Below are positions 63,301 to 64,000 of a stretch of DNA of 64,000 nt, one piece after another. Positions within the stretch are counted from its first letter, which is position 1. Every line of letters begins with the position of its first letter. The translations under genes were made by a program, and so were the position numbers. Where the stretch lies: assembly GCA_053919585.1 (NCBI GenBank), contig CM132794.1; one strand, given 5' to 3'. Below the pieces are notes generated by a model. The model saw nothing but the letters and a program-made list of their open reading frames with translations. It was not told where the DNA came from and did no database searches. This stretch comes from Euprymna scolopes. Its lineage: Eukaryota.

Positions 63301-63505
63301 CCAATAAAACCTTACAAAGCTAGGTAGAGTACAAACACTTAGAAAAGTCAATTTTATTTTTTTTTAAAGCAACACTAAACACGTAAAAATATTTTTAAAA
63401 ATATTATGGGATGTATATTCTCTTTTAAAAACTATATCTCCTTCAATAACGGTCATAAAATGTGTTTTCAATCGATATTTATTCAATAATGGACGAGTTT
63501 TCCGA
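60391..63505. mobile_element. Non-coding element bounded by ~115-bp diverged inverted repeats (DNA transposon derivative)
   Basis: 60397-60510 is the approximate reverse complement of 63391-63503. Confidence 0.6.
61296..62178 (+). mobile_element. 5'-truncated CR1/Zenon-like LINE inserted in (TTA)n
   Basis: DIYADDTTIY, C-terminal ORF 61722-62075, 3'UTR and A-tail; (TTA)n on both sides. Confidence 0.92.
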
Positions 63506-64000
63506 AAGTCTTTTTAACGTGGACATTGTTACTATTATGTGCTTTCCTTCTATGAATGAAGTTTAAATTTTATTTTAATTACAAAAATTTGGTGGGTTCT
63601 TAAATTGATTTGCCTTGCTGTAAAAATAAAATAAAAAAAAATAACGAGATAATAGTAATAATAACTAGCAGAACCCATGGAAATTCCACAGTGGTTGAAA
63701 ACATCATTACACAAGCAACCAATAGAATAAGTTTAATATTAGTTCCGATTACACCGGGAATTAAAAAGATATATTTTTTGTAGATAAATATGAATAACTA
63801 CTTGAGATATATTAGTACAAGAAATAGAACTATAGTAAGGCATCACGTTTTTAGAGATATAGTTTAATCAAAGTGACTTGTAAATGACTTGTAATAACTA
63901 TGTCACAATGCCTGATAATCTGATAATTTGGCATGTAAGTAATAAGATTTTTTAGAAGCATATTACATGTCAACTTTTGCAATTTCTTCATAGTGGTAAG

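Noticed and set aside
63665-64000. Minus-strand Helitron 3' end (CTAG plus imperfect hairpin)
   Set aside because: Only one terminus is visible before the window ends, which is too little to call.

Overview
AT-rich animal (invertebrate-like) genomic DNA with five short N-runs; the species cannot be determined from the sequence. The whole window lies inside one large + strand gene. Six exons with canonical AG/GT ends and mutually compatible phases (9817-9915, 12055-12223, 35371-35588, 41693-41822, 47571-47695, 59467-59796; 1071 nt, 357 aa, no stop) encode the AAA6/lid region of a strongly diverged dynein heavy chain, most like DNHD1. The introns (2-23 kb) are filled with decayed and often nested mobile elements: about 10 CR1/Zenon-like LINE copies, R4/Dong-like RLE retrotransposon pieces, RTE fragments, four mariner (DD34D) copies, a Merlin-like DDE fragment, many non-autonomous Helitrons (one retains Rep/HUH coding remnants), a MITE, 5S- and tRNA-derived SINEs, and micro/minisatellites. 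The most notable non-obvious signals are: an apparently intact type I hammerhead ribozyme at 15520-15586; a dispersed repeat family (about 10 pieces) built around a minimal, probably dimer-type hammerhead motif typical of Penelope-like elements; several fold-back palindromes; a candidate cassette/poison exon; and an RFX X-box next to a possible nested antisense exon. All calls come from reading the sequence by eye, with no database search or folding run. Repeat boundaries are approximate unless termini are stated.
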